A stretch of 51,308 bases of DNA from a virus (lineage: Duplodnaviria > Caudoviricetes), in IMG/VR virus record IMGVR_UViG_3300006854_000010, positions 1 through 51,308 of that record, one strand, 5' to 3'. The position numbers and the translations under genes are program-made. The notes beneath the pieces were generated by a model. It was not told the DNA's origin. It was given only the letters and a program-made list of their open reading frames with translations, and made no database searches. Shown here piece after piece: positions 9,483-18,752 of this stretch; position 1 is the stretch's first letter; each line of letters opens with the position of its first letter.

Positions 9483-10237
9483 GTGTAGCTCCACTCTGCC
9501 CGGCTCCATCCCGCGGCCTCCAGGTGCCCAACGCCGCAGCGGCGCAACCGGTAGAACTTGCGAGCGTTGGTGATGCTTGTGTGCTGTACGTGGATGATGA
9601 ACATGGTGGTTCCTTGGTTGGTAGTTGGGCAGGCGCGGGGCCTGCCGAGGGTGGGTCAGCAAACGCGGGCGATTGCGCGTGCTTGCGGCCGGCGTTGAAC
9701 GGTTGCGCACTTGGCGTAGTGGCGCAAGGCACGTGCGGCGCGGTCGGCCAAACGCCTAGCCATCTCGTCACTGAGCGGGCGGCAGTGCCGCTCTTCCTTG
9801 GCGGCCATCACGATTCGAGCCCATTCGTCTGCAGTCCAGAACCACCCGCTGTTTTCAGTTTGCGCCATGTCGATCTCCAGTGGTTTTGCAGCGCGCCCAG
9901 TGCTTGCTGCAAGTAGTGATTATGGCCGCCATAATGCTCTGCGTGATTGGCTTTTACTATCGTGCCACGCAACGCTTGCACAAAATCTACTGCACAAGTC
10001 GGGCTCTCTGTCCGATACTACAGCTCATGGATCGCAGTGCGGTCCGCCACCAGGAGCGACGAACATGAGCGAGCTGCTTGATTGCTTGTACGAAGGACGC
10101 CAAGTCTGCGTCATCGTGTCTGCCCTGACGCAAGACGAATTTGCACAAGTAGTGGGCGCTGTTCGCGTCAAATCAGCCGCCTGACCACCCCGCGCCCTCT
10201 GGGCGCTACCGCAATACAGCAACCACCGGAGCCCATC

Positions 10238-10537
10238 ATGCTGACCATCGCCCACGATTCCGACCTCCGCCGCCAACTGATGATCGAAAAGCGCGCCCGC
10301 GCAATCGAGCAAGCCGGCCCGCAGGCTCATACCCGGGTGCTGGCTCCGATCCGCCTGGAGCTGCACACCGAGGGCCGCTGCTGGTACGAGGCGCGCGGCA
10401 ACACCCTCACGGCCACCAGCCAGGGCGAGAAGGTCAGCGAATTCGAGGCGCTGTTCGCCGCCAAGGCCCGCCACCCGTCCGAAGCCGTCGAGATCCGCCG
10501 CGGGGCAATGGGCGGCAGCAACATCACCCTGTTCTGA
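10238..10537 (+). CDS. Hypothetical protein
   Basis: GGAG RBS, strong GC3 bias. Confidence 0.55.
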   Translation: MLTIAHDSDLRRQLMIEKRARAIEQAGPQAHTRVLAPIRLELHTEGRCWYEARGNTLTATSQGEKVSEFEALFAAKARHPSEAVEIRRGAMGGSNITLF

Positions 10538-10578
10538 CCACACACCGCGCCAGTGGCGCATCAACAAGGATACTCCAA

Positions 10579-11169
10579 ATGATCGAGATCAAGCACCGCC
10601 ACACTGGCGCCGTACTCTACACGCACGACAACGCCAGCGGCATGACCATGCGCGATGCCGCGGAAGCCGCAGTCAAATCCAGGGCCAACCTGTACGGGGC
10701 CGACCTGTACGGGGCCAACCTGTACGGGGCCAACCTGTCCAGGGCCGACCTGTACGGGGCCGACCTGTACGGGGCCAACCTGTACGGGGCCAACCTGTCC
10801 GGGGCCAACCTGTACGGGGCCAACCTGTCTGGGGCCAACCTGTCCAGGGCTAACCTGTCCGGGGCCAACCTGTCCAGGGCCAACCTGTACGGGGCTAACC
10901 TGTACGGGGCCAACCTGTACGGAGACAAGATCGCCATATCTCCGCTGTCGCTCTCCGGTTTGCACTGGGATGTGACCGTCACCGAATTCAGGCTGCGGAT
11001 CGGTTACCAAGTTCATGCGCACGCCGCATGGCCCGGATTCAGCGCCAAGGAAATCGCGGCCATGGATAGCAAGGCCTCCGAATTTTGGACCGCCAACCGC
11101 GACATGCTGCTGATGATGTGTGCTGCGCAAGCAGCGCGAGCCGCAGCCGCCACCACGCCAACCATCTGA
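10579..11169 (+). CDS. Pentapeptide repeat protein
   Basis: About 16 tandem A(N/D)L(Y/S)(G/R) repeats; [14 protein letters not shown]-terminus; LRIG-Q-H C-terminal domain. Confidence 0.9.
   Translation: MIEIKHRHTGAVLYTHDNASGMTMRDAAEAAVKSRANLYGADLYGANLYGANLSRADLYGADLYGANLYGANLSGANLYGANLSGANLSRANLSGANLSRANLYGANLYGANLYGDKIAISPLSLSGLHWDVTVTEFRLRIGYQVHAHAAWPGFSAKEIAAMDSKASEFWTANRDMLLMMCAAQAARAAAATTPTI
10684..10923 (+). repeat. 15-bp tandem repeat array (GCCAACCTGTACGGG variants)
   Basis: About 16 near-identical 15-mers encoding the pentapeptides. Confidence 0.9.
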
Positions 11170-11210
11170 AACCACCGCCCGGAGGATCCTGGCAGACACT
11201 GGAGTAAACC

Positions 11211-11477
11211 ATGAATCTCATCGCACGAATCTTCGCGGCCCTCGGCATCGACCGCACGCAGCCCAAGGTCACGACCGAGTCCCGCCTGATGCCGTCGAGC
11301 ACCAAGCGCGGCCCCGGGCGCAAGCACAAGCAGGGCGACGGCACCCGCACATCCGAGCAACGCCAGGCCGGCGCATACGGCCGCGGGCTGCGCAACCACA
11401 TCAACCGCGCCAACGGCCTGCGCCTGTCTGCCAGCCGTGCGCGCGACATGCGTGCGGCTGTCCGCGGCATGGGCTGA
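11211..11477 (+). CDS. Small basic hypothetical protein
   Basis: GGAG RBS; Arg/Lys-rich, 88 aa. Confidence 0.55.
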   Translation: MNLIARIFAALGIDRTQPKVTTESRLMPSSTKRGPGRKHKQGDGTRTSEQRQAGAYGRGLRNHINRANGLRLSASRARDMRAAVRGMG

Positions 11478-11549
11478 TCTCGCTGTCACATAGGGGCATC
11501 CGGCCGGGAACCGGTATCAGTCCCCGCCTATCAACTACTTGGAGCCGCC

Positions 11550-11876
11550 ATGTACTCGATTCACCCGACCAACGAATCCATCGTTCTGACGCCTGACAAC
11601 GGCTGCATTGAATGCAAGCACGAGGCCGCCGCAAAGCGCGTGGCAGCCGAACTCAATGAGCGCATCCAGGAGATTGCACGCCTGCGCTCCGCACTCGTTT
11701 CTGCGGCCAATGATCTGGAATGCGCGTTGCCCACTCTGCGCAAGGCCGGCTGGCAGATTCACAATGAAGATGAGACCATCAGGCGCGCACGTCGTCTGAC
11801 GATGCCGCATACCAGCACGCCGCTCGCCGACTCCTTCGAGGAGTCCGCCGTGGCCGCGTACAACAGCGCGCCCTGA
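11550..11876 (+). CDS. Hypothetical protein
   Basis: GGAG RBS; ends convergent with the RusA-like gene. Confidence 0.5.
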   Translation: MYSIHPTNESIVLTPDNGCIECKHEAAAKRVAAELNERIQEIARLRSALVSAANDLECALPTLRKAGWQIHNEDETIRRARRLTMPHTSTPLADSFEESAVAAYNSAP

Positions 11877-12203
11877 TCACCCGGTCACCTCGATCCGCAC
11901 AGCCCAGGGGCCGCGCTCCTGGGCATAGATGTACCTCACCACGTCGCTGCGCTTGTCGTCCACGCCGAGCCACTGCGCCACCTGATCGCGCACGCCCTTG
12001 AGGCTGCCCGAGCAATTGTCGTCATCCAAACCATTCGATGGCGCAATGCGCGTCAAGCGAATCACGCATGGCACGGCCGGCTTCGTCCAGCCACGCAGAG
12101 CCCAGGCCACGACTTCTCGCTCCCCGCGGACTCTTCGCGCTCTAGCCCTCCAGTGCTCGCGGTCATTCTGACCGCGCCCGGTTCGCAGTGGCACCTCAAT
12201 CAC
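11877..12203 (-). CDS. RusA-like Holliday junction resolvase/endonuclease
   Basis: N.REHW..RAR, LDDDNCSGSLKGVRD...LGVDD acidic motif. Confidence 0.7.
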   Translation of the reverse strand: MIEVPLRTGRGQNDREHWRARARRVRGEREVVAWALRGWTKPAVPCVIRLTRIAPSNGLDDDNCSGSLKGVRDQVAQWLGVDDKRSDVVRYIYAQERGPWAVRIEVTG

Positions 12204-12999
12204 AGTATCGCCCCGGCCCCAGCCGAGAGAAGTCGCCGACATGCCCGGGATCCGGCGCATATCGAGATGGCGGCATCTCGAGGCGCTGCACCGTGACGCT
12301 CGCCGGCCAGACAACCTCTGGAGGCCCAGCTTGTACCTTGGCAGCACGCTGGCCGCCGCCGCGCATGGCCTGCGGTATCTCTCGCACGCTGGCGGCTACC
12401 GGCATCTTCGTCCACTTCGTGGATGCGCCCTGAGCCGCCACCACCTCACCGCCGCGCTTCTTGCCTGCCGCCATTGATGCTCGCTTTGCCGCAATATGCG
12501 CGTCCACGAGCTTGGCGCCGACCTCCTTGGCCGCTTGCGATGGATACCAGCGCAGGAAGTGCGCCGGCCCGTGGCGCCATGCCTCGCCAGAGCGCTCCAT
12601 CGCGCCCAGCAGCCTAGATGCATTGCCCGTCGTCACGCTCACGGCCTTGCTCACCTCGGTCACCGACATGCCGATTGCTGGTGCCGCAGAAAGCGCCGCA
12701 GCCACCTCCGGCACTCGGGCCGATCTTCCCATGTACGTCCGCACCGCTTGGCGTTGGGCGAATGTTGGATGATCCAGGGCGTATGCGGCGCAGTCTTCCG
12801 CGGAGCCGAAGTGCAGCACCAGCCTGCCGCGGCTCAGCCAGTGCGCTTCGCCTGACTTGCGCAGCTTGAAGAGCATATCGCGTACGCTCGACTCCGTGAG
12901 ACCTGTGATGGCCACCATTCTGCGCTGATCGATGCCGTCTTTGTGCTCTGCGAGCGCGGCCAGGATGGCAATGCGCGTGGTTGGTGGGCGGCCGATCAT
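12196..12999 (-). CDS. Tandem winged-HTH DNA-binding protein
   Basis: Two HTH-like segments (QRRMVAITGLTESSVRDMLFKL; VTEVSKAVSVTTGNASRLLGAM). Confidence 0.6.
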   Translation of the reverse strand: MIGRPPTTRIAILAALAEHKDGIDQRRMVAITGLTESSVRDMLFKLRKSGEAHWLSRGRLVLHFGSAEDCAAYALDHPTFAQRQAVRTYMGRSARVPEVAAALSAAPAIGMSVTEVSKAVSVTTGNASRLLGAMERSGEAWRHGPAHFLRWYPSQAAKEVGAKLVDAHIAAKRASMAAGKKRGGEVVAAQGASTKWTKMPVAASVREIPQAMRGGGQRAAKVQAGPPEVVWPASVTVQRLEMPPSRYAPDPGHVGDFSRLGPGRYCD

Positions 13000-13283
13000 T
13001 CGTTCAGCCCCATCAGGCGCCTGGCGGATGCCTCGATCGCGGCAAGCTGATTGTCGATCGTCACGTTCATCGGCATGCCTCGTGTCAGGGTGCGCACAAG
13101 CGCCATATGCTCGACCAGATCCTGCGCGTCCGAAACGGCCGGCGCGATCATGTCGGCCACCCTGATCCGTGATGCGTTGTACTGCGCTTTCTCGGACGCG
13201 CATTCTGCACACACCAACGGGCCGCCGCACTTTGCGAGCGAGCCATCTGGATTCGGCACAACCCATCCATGTCCGCCGGTCAT
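12996..13283 (-). CDS. Hypothetical zinc-finger-like protein
   Basis: GHGWV.P.PDG..AKCGGP..C..C motif. Confidence 0.6.
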   Translation of the reverse strand: MTGGHGWVVPNPDGSLAKCGGPLVCAECASEKAQYNASRIRVADMIAPAVSDAQDLVEHMALVRTLTRGMPMNVTIDNQLAAIEASARRLMGLNE

Positions 13284-14389
13284 GATGCGATCCCCAGAAT
13301 GCGCTCGAATCGCTCAGCCAGCACACGGTTTGCATCAGCCTTCTGCGCGCTGTCAGGCGTTCCTTTCGCCTCATGCAGCGCCTGGTAACGGCGCAGTGTT
13401 TCTGAGGCCAGAGTAAGTTCAGCTTCCAGGGACGCAATTCGAACCTTCTGTCGGGCCAGCTCAAACGCCTGCCTGCCGAGCCTGGCCACATCGTCCGGGT
13501 TGCTGCCGTCCAGTCGCGTCAGCGCGGTCACCTGCTCATCAGACATGGCCATGATCTTGTCGCAGTTGCTGTTTATGGCGGCCTGCAGCGCCGTGTCCAA
13601 TTTCTCGATGCGCTCCTTTGCTGCGTCGGCCACGTCTTCGGCGTGCCGGGCCTGGGCCGTCAGCGCCGCAATACGGGTATGCGCCATTTCTGCCACGCTC
13701 TTTGTGGACTCTTCCGCGTGCAGCAGCTTCGCCGTCAGCGCCGCCACCTCTGCAGCCCATTCTGTGCGCATCGCCTGGCGGCGGTCGTAGTGTTCGCGGA
13801 CATCGGCCTCCAGCGCCGAGATGCGCGCGCCCTTGGCCTCAAGGTCTTTTTGCAGCAGATCGCCACCATCCTCGGCAGCCGATAGCATGGCCTTCAGTTC
13901 CGCAATCTCCGCGTCCTTCGCTGCTTGTGCGTTGGATTGGCCAGCACACCAGTCCGCTAGCGCCTCAAAACAGCGGCGGAATTCTCTCCAGGTATCGCAA
14001 TACGGCAAAGAGCCGACCTCGCACTCGAATTTGTAGTCGCGCTCCAGGCACTCAGCGTAGGCGCGTCCGTTCTCGATTGCTCCCAGCGGCACGCCGGCCA
14101 GCATTGCCGCATCGCCAGCGGGCTGCGCGGCACGCACCTGCGGAGCGGCTGCTGGCGCCGGGCACTCGCTCGGGCAGCCGTGCAGACGCGCCTTGCACTC
14201 TTCCATGCACCCAAGGCGACATAGAGCGGCAGGCTGCGGCTCGACAGCCTGCCGCATTGCGCGGTACACGGAGTCGGCCGTGGCCATCAGGCTTTCGCGC
14301 GTGCCGCCAAGTCCGCAGTCACTCAGCGCCTGGGATCCAGCCTCCATCTGCGCGATGGAAGGGCCGTCTTCAGTTTGGTTCGTGGTCAT
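13280..14389 (-). CDS. Mosaic coiled-coil hypothetical protein (Ead/Ea22-like region)
   Basis: AAGGA RBS; heptad-rich, composite segments. Confidence 0.55.
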   Translation of the reverse strand: MTTNQTEDGPSIAQMEAGSQALSDCGLGGTRESLMATADSVYRAMRQAVEPQPAALCRLGCMEECKARLHGCPSECPAPAAAPQVRAAQPAGDAAMLAGVPLGAIENGRAYAECLERDYKFECEVGSLPYCDTWREFRRCFEALADWCAGQSNAQAAKDAEIAELKAMLSAAEDGGDLLQKDLEAKGARISALEADVREHYDRRQAMRTEWAAEVAALTAKLLHAEESTKSVAEMAHTRIAALTAQARHAEDVADAAKERIEKLDTALQAAINSNCDKIMAMSDEQVTALTRLDGSNPDDVARLGRQAFELARQKVRIASLEAELTLASETLRRYQALHEAKGTPDSAQKADANRVLAERFERILGIAS

Positions 14390-14880
14390 TCGAATTCCTT
14401 CTGCGCACCTGGCGCGTATTTGCCGTGGCCCAATGCCTTGCGCCAGTCGTCGCATTCTTCAGCCGTCATCTTGCGCCCAGACGGCAATATGCCACCACGG
14501 TGCAGTTCACAATCCCTGCGCAGCCATGCCCACCTGCGCCCAGGAGATATTGCCATCATCTCGGCGCTCGGCTCATTCATTTTTGCTATCGCTTCGGCCA
14601 TGCGCTTTATGTCTGGCTTCGGCGCAGGCAGCATCATTACTGGCGCATCCGGGCATCGACGGCACAGGTCGCGGAACTGCATGCTGTTCGGCGGGAAGTC
14701 GCTCGGCAGGTTTGCCAATGCGTACTTGACGCGCCTGACAGTCATACCATCCAGGTCATCAGCCCATACTGACTTAACCTTGTCCATATCCATGCCGTCA
14801 AACTTCGCCAGCCACTGCGTTGTGTACGCAGCGGCCAGGCGAACGAACAGCATGTCAATATATTCTCTTGATGCCGGCAT
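14386..14880 (-). CDS. Replication protein P-like/helicase-loader-like protein
   Basis: IDMLFVRLAAAY...W...FPPNSMQFRDLCR; directly downstream of an initiator-like gene. Confidence 0.55.
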   Translation of the reverse strand: MPASREYIDMLFVRLAAAYTTQWLAKFDGMDMDKVKSVWADDLDGMTVRRVKYALANLPSDFPPNSMQFRDLCRRCPDAPVMMLPAPKPDIKRMAEAIAKMNEPSAEMMAISPGRRWAWLRRDCELHRGGILPSGRKMTAEECDDWRKALGHGKYAPGAQKEFE

Positions 14881-15427
14881 CGTCGAACTCTACCGCGCCG
14901 CGTGATTGGGTCGCAGCGGCGCCGGGGGCAACGCGCTGCACGCGCTCGCGGGCCTCACGCTCACGCTTGGTTTCTGGCGTCAGTCTGGCGGGGTGAGGAA
15001 TAAGCCCGCGCTCGACAGCCCAGTCCAGCTTGAACCCGGCCCACCCCTGTTCTGCGCAGATCGTCACAAGCCTGGCCACCGTGATGCCGGCATCCTCGGC
15101 ATTGGCCTGGACGCGGCGCCATGCGGATCGCGTCAGCGGCAAACGCTTCTCCCGGCGCGCACGCAGCCAGCACTCAGCATCCAGCGCATCAACCCCGGCG
15201 CGGATCAGCTCGGCCGCGTTGACCGTCACGGCATTGTCGCCCACGGCCGGCTCCTTCTTGGCTCGCTTCGGATTTGCCTCTGCGCGACCAGCCGCCAGCC
15301 CTGCGCGGAAAACGGCATCCAGGCACACAAGCGCGCCTTCCGTGAGCATCCCCGTGCAGATGAGTTGGGCAGTGCTGGCTGCGTTGAATGCCGCGCTTGC
15401 GGCCTCGCGGATCTGCTCTGGAGTCAT
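14855..15427 (-). CDS. Protein with a phage replication-initiator C-terminal-like domain
   Basis: WLRARREKRLPLTRSAW...EDAGITV...CAEQGWAGFKLDW resembles the C-terminal domain of lambdoid O-type initiators. Confidence 0.55.
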   Translation of the reverse strand: MTPEQIREAASAAFNAASTAQLICTGMLTEGALVCLDAVFRAGLAAGRAEANPKRAKKEPAVGDNAVTVNAAELIRAGVDALDAECWLRARREKRLPLTRSAWRRVQANAEDAGITVARLVTICAEQGWAGFKLDWAVERGLIPHPARLTPETKREREARERVQRVAPGAAATQSRGAVEFDDAGIKRIY

Positions 15428-15660
15428 TCGATGACCTGCCACGCCTTGGAGCCCAGGTTGACCTTGATCTTTCCGACCTTGCGCAGCGCCTGGAGCCGCT
15501 TGTCCACTACGCGGTACGCAGGGCATAGCATCGGGCTGGTGGTCTCCTCGAACTGCTTGCAGTCGGGCTCCAGGGCGATTGTCAGCGCCATGGCCGAGAC
15601 CTTGCCTGCGCGAATCAGGTCCGGCATCTTGGCATCAAATTCTGTATAGTCGTGCTTCAT
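15424..15660 (-). CDS. Small winged-helix-like hypothetical protein
   Basis: RVVDKRLQALRKVGKI motif; AAGGA RBS. Confidence 0.6.
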   Translation of the reverse strand: MKHDYTEFDAKMPDLIRAGKVSAMALTIALEPDCKQFEETTSPMLCPAYRVVDKRLQALRKVGKIKVNLGSKAWQVIE

Positions 15661-16018
15661 GGGTTCCTTCGTTTGATCCCCCGCCAACATGGTCTGTGGC
15701 GGGGGTTGTCACCGGCGCTGCCCGGGTCTATCCGCTTCTGCGTTGGCTCCCCACTTTGCGCACCTCAAACCGTTTCAGGCTGCGCGGATGGGCGATGCGG
15801 TATGCCCAGGTTCGAACGGATCGCCACGAGCACTTTCGCCCATAGGCAGCACGGCATCTGTAGGCGCCGATTCGTAGGATCCGGCTCACTACCGGCATCC
15901 AGTGGCGCAGCGCTTCGGCTGCAGTCCGCCCAAGGCACACGGCAGCGCGCGGCAGCAGACCGGCCAGCCAGCACAGCAGTGCGGCGAGGCTGGTTATGGG
16001 GCGGGTGATTCGCATGGG

Positions 16019-16489
16019 TCAGAACTCTCCAGGCGCAACCTGGAAGCACGTGACGCCAGCATCGCGCCACATCTTCACAACGCGGTCACGATCATCGAAG
16101 ACAGCCACAAGCCTGCGCCTATCATCCACGAGCATGCCATCGAGCCATTGCTTTTTCAGCACGTCATCAGCCGTGAAATCGCCGGCCTGCCGCATGGTCA
16201 GTTCATGCCCATTCATCAAATCCCATCGCATGAAGCTCGTGTGCTTGACAAGCCAGTCAACCGTTTTGCCAGCAACCTCATCACTCCGGCCGCTGAAAAT
16301 CCACACGTCAGCCAACCGGCGCAAAGACTCCATCACGCGAATCACCGGTTCGTTCGGCTCATCCCTGTCACACGCATCGTAGAAGCGGCGCCACTTCGTG
16401 TCGTCGCGCGAGGGGTCTTCGATGATGTGGCGCCGATGGCCGATCAGCGCCAGCGTGCCGTCGAGATCGAAAATGTACAGTGGCTTCAC
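16019..16489 (-). CDS. HAD-family phosphatase (PseT/polynucleotide kinase phosphatase-like)
   Basis: FDLDGTLA, SGR, FDDRDRVVKMWRDAGVTCFQVAPGEF. Confidence 0.88.
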   Translation of the reverse strand: MKPLYIFDLDGTLALIGHRRHIIEDPSRDDTKWRRFYDACDRDEPNEPVIRVMESLRRLADVWIFSGRSDEVAGKTVDWLVKHTSFMRWDLMNGHELTMRQAGDFTADDVLKKQWLDGMLVDDRRRLVAVFDDRDRVVKMWRDAGVTCFQVAPGEF

Positions 16490-16606
16490 GCTTGATCCTT
16501 GCTTGTGCGTCCGATTCGCCCGGCCGCTTGGCGTGATTGGCACTATGCCTCAGACTTCATCGCGGAGGCATTGATATTTGCTATCGGATACTCGGCGAAT
16601 TAGTCA

Positions 16607-17395
16607 TCACACAAAACACATGCCGCTATCGCACGCGCCACGATCACGGCCAAAAAGTACCTCGTTGCGGTCATCGAAGTCAACAAACTCGATCGGCACG
16701 GCTTGATCCGTGAGCCATGCATGCGGGTCGCGCTGGCGTAGTTCGCGATCGAACTTGATCACCTTCGGCTTGTCGCGCGGATCGGCCATGACTTCGCGCC
16801 ATTCCTCCATGCGCTGGTTTGGGCACATCCAGCAGGCCGAACGCCCAGGCAGCGCGCCCAGCACCTGCAGTGCGTAGTGCGAGCATGCGCCACGGTCCAT
16901 GCCAAGCCTGATGAGCGGGAAGTCAACCTGCCACTTCCCCTGCGCCTTGGTGCTGTGTTGCGTCTTGTAGGCGCGGCCCATCTCGTCGGTTGAGAAGCCG
17001 ATCCAGTTCGTCGCAGCCTTCACGCCTAGCGATGTTGCCCAGCGCCGGCCCACATCGCGCTTCCACTCACCGGAGCAGTAGCCATGCAGTTTTCCTACCT
17101 CGCTGCCCTGCGTGGTAAATGCAGGTATCAACAGCGTCTCTCCCTTTGCGCCGCCGAAAAGGTCTTTCGTCGCCCAGTCCTCTTTCAATACGCGGTGCAT
17201 GATCACGCCCACGCTGGCCAGCGCCGGCACGATATAGCGGTCATGGTAGTCCCATGTCGCACTCTTCTCGCGCCCGGTGTCTGCAATGAAAGCCAAGTCA
17301 GGCTTCGGTAGCTTGCCAGTGACGATCAGCGCTGCAATCGCAGCAGATTGCGTGCCGCCGCCGTTGTTCCAAATCTGCGTCCGTTCTTCTGTCAC
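16607..17395 (-). CDS. PAPS-reductase-like (PP-loop) phage protein
   Basis: GGGTQS, FIADTGRE, C...WK, IGFSTDE, SACWMCP and terminal CDSGMCF motifs. Confidence 0.75.
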   Translation of the reverse strand: MTEERTQIWNNGGGTQSAAIAALIVTGKLPKPDLAFIADTGREKSATWDYHDRYIVPALASVGVIMHRVLKEDWATKDLFGGAKGETLLIPAFTTQGSEVGKLHGYCSGEWKRDVGRRWATSLGVKAATNWIGFSTDEMGRAYKTQHSTKAQGKWQVDFPLIRLGMDRGACSHYALQVLGALPGRSACWMCPNQRMEEWREVMADPRDKPKVIKFDRELRQRDPHAWLTDQAVPIEFVDFDDRNEVLFGRDRGACDSGMCFV

Positions 17396-17399
17396 GCGC

Positions 17400-18020
17400 A
17401 CCTCTCTAAGTAAGTCTCTGGAATTGAATTCGGCTTTGGACTGAAGAAAACTACACCCAATGCATAGAGAGTAAAGACAGTTCTGAGCGAAGCGAAGGAC
17501 CGGGAAGACCCCCCTAACCCCCCGAGCGTGTTTGCTTGGGAGTGGGAGAACCACCCGTTTCCGGTTACAGGACCTGACCTTGCAGCCATCATGAGAATGC
17601 GCTTTGTGGTGCGCTCGTTGGCGCGTGTCGGCCTATCGTGCCCAGCGACTGCACGGATAGCGCAGCGCCATGGACCCCCTCAAGGGGGCGGCATCCATGC
17701 CTTTCCCGACATCTTCCCCACGCGTGTGCGCTCTTCCGATGAGCGCACCACAAAACACACTCTCAAGCTCCTATCCGCTATCCTGATAAGCCCCTGCGGT
17801 GCCGCGCATAGGTTGCATGGTTCGCTTTCGCGAGCGGCCGTCAGGCGCCAGACGTGACAAAGCCCCGAGAATGCTTGAGAGGGGCGTGACCCTGGCGTGG
17901 GCGATCTAGACACATGGACGAACCGGGAAGGCTCTGTGCTTCGACAACACACGCCCCTCTCAAAAACTCTAGGGGCTTCACCCAGTTCGTCCGTATGCCA
18001 AGGTCGCCAAACCTGACACG
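17400..18020 (-). ncRNA. Candidate long structured non-coding RNA/leader
   Basis: No convincing ORF; several long inverted repeats; upstream promoter; G6TTAG6 tract. Confidence 0.5.
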
Positions 18021-18023
18021 ATC

Positions 18024-18053
18024 ATCCTATCACACTTCCTGGCGCTCGCTCAA
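18024..18053 (-). promoter_or_regulatory. Sigma70-like promoter (TTGAGC-18-TAGGAT, extended -10 TG)
   Basis: Minus strand reads ttgagc gagcgccaggaagtgTGa TAGGAT. Confidence 0.45.
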
Positions 18054-18054
18054 G

Positions 18055-18669
18055 TCAACCCCCTGCGTGATGCGTCAGATCAACATCGCATGCCACCTCG
18101 TTGCCCCAAACAGCCCAGCCGGCCCGCGGGCTGCGGGCGAACATCTCCAGGCGGGGCCCTGGGCTTACAGCCTCGACCATCGTGAAGAACTCTGGCGGCT
18201 TTGCGGAGTGCCGCGGGGCGCCATTGAAGTACGGCCGCTTCCAGTCGAACCAGGAGCGCCCAACACGCGACAGCGCCGTGGCACTGCCACGCCTGCAGAA
18301 CAGGCAGAACTCGCTCGACAGCCCGAACGAATCACCGCCCAGGCCGCCGCCCATCGTGGCCTTGGCCCACGTCAGCAGCGTGGACGGCTGGAATCCCCAT
18401 GCCCTCGCCACGGCGTACGATTGCTCGACATACTTGTTTATCGTCCACAGGTATAGGTGCGCATCCTTGTGCGCTATTGCTTCAACACCAAGCGACGCAA
18501 TGTCATTGACCGACATTGACGGATATGCAAGTTTTCGCGCAGCGTTGTCCGTCACGCCGAACACCTGTTTCCCATCTTGAACATCGTAGCACCCAATTGA
18601 TCGGCCGGCGCCGACTCGCCACGGCGGATCAGCCACGATGCACGAAAACCTGTGCTGTTCAATCGTCAC
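18055..18669 (-). CDS. MT-A70 family adenine methyltransferase
   Basis: IVADPPW, YPSMS, LYLWT, HSAKP, LEMFAR...GWAVWGNE. Confidence 0.9.
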   Translation of the reverse strand: MTIEQHRFSCIVADPPWRVGAGRSIGCYDVQDGKQVFGVTDNAARKLAYPSMSVNDIASLGVEAIAHKDAHLYLWTINKYVEQSYAVARAWGFQPSTLLTWAKATMGGGLGGDSFGLSSEFCLFCRRGSATALSRVGRSWFDWKRPYFNGAPRHSAKPPEFFTMVEAVSPGPRLEMFARSPRAGWAVWGNEVACDVDLTHHAGG

Positions 18670-18752
18670 AGCAGATCCTCCACGAGTTGATGCATGCCTC
18701 GCACGGGTTCATGTGCGTGCAGACGGCATCGGCCTCCGCATCGTTTGCCATG

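Noticed and set aside
10684-10923. CRISPR-like array
   Set aside because: The repeats are contiguous 15-mers with no spacers and encode pentapeptides in frame.
17528-17952. ORF-track entries 17528-17857 (+) and 17680-17952 (-) as real genes
   Set aside because: No clear RBS, atypical composition and no recognisable motifs; the region is better explained by RNA or DNA structure.
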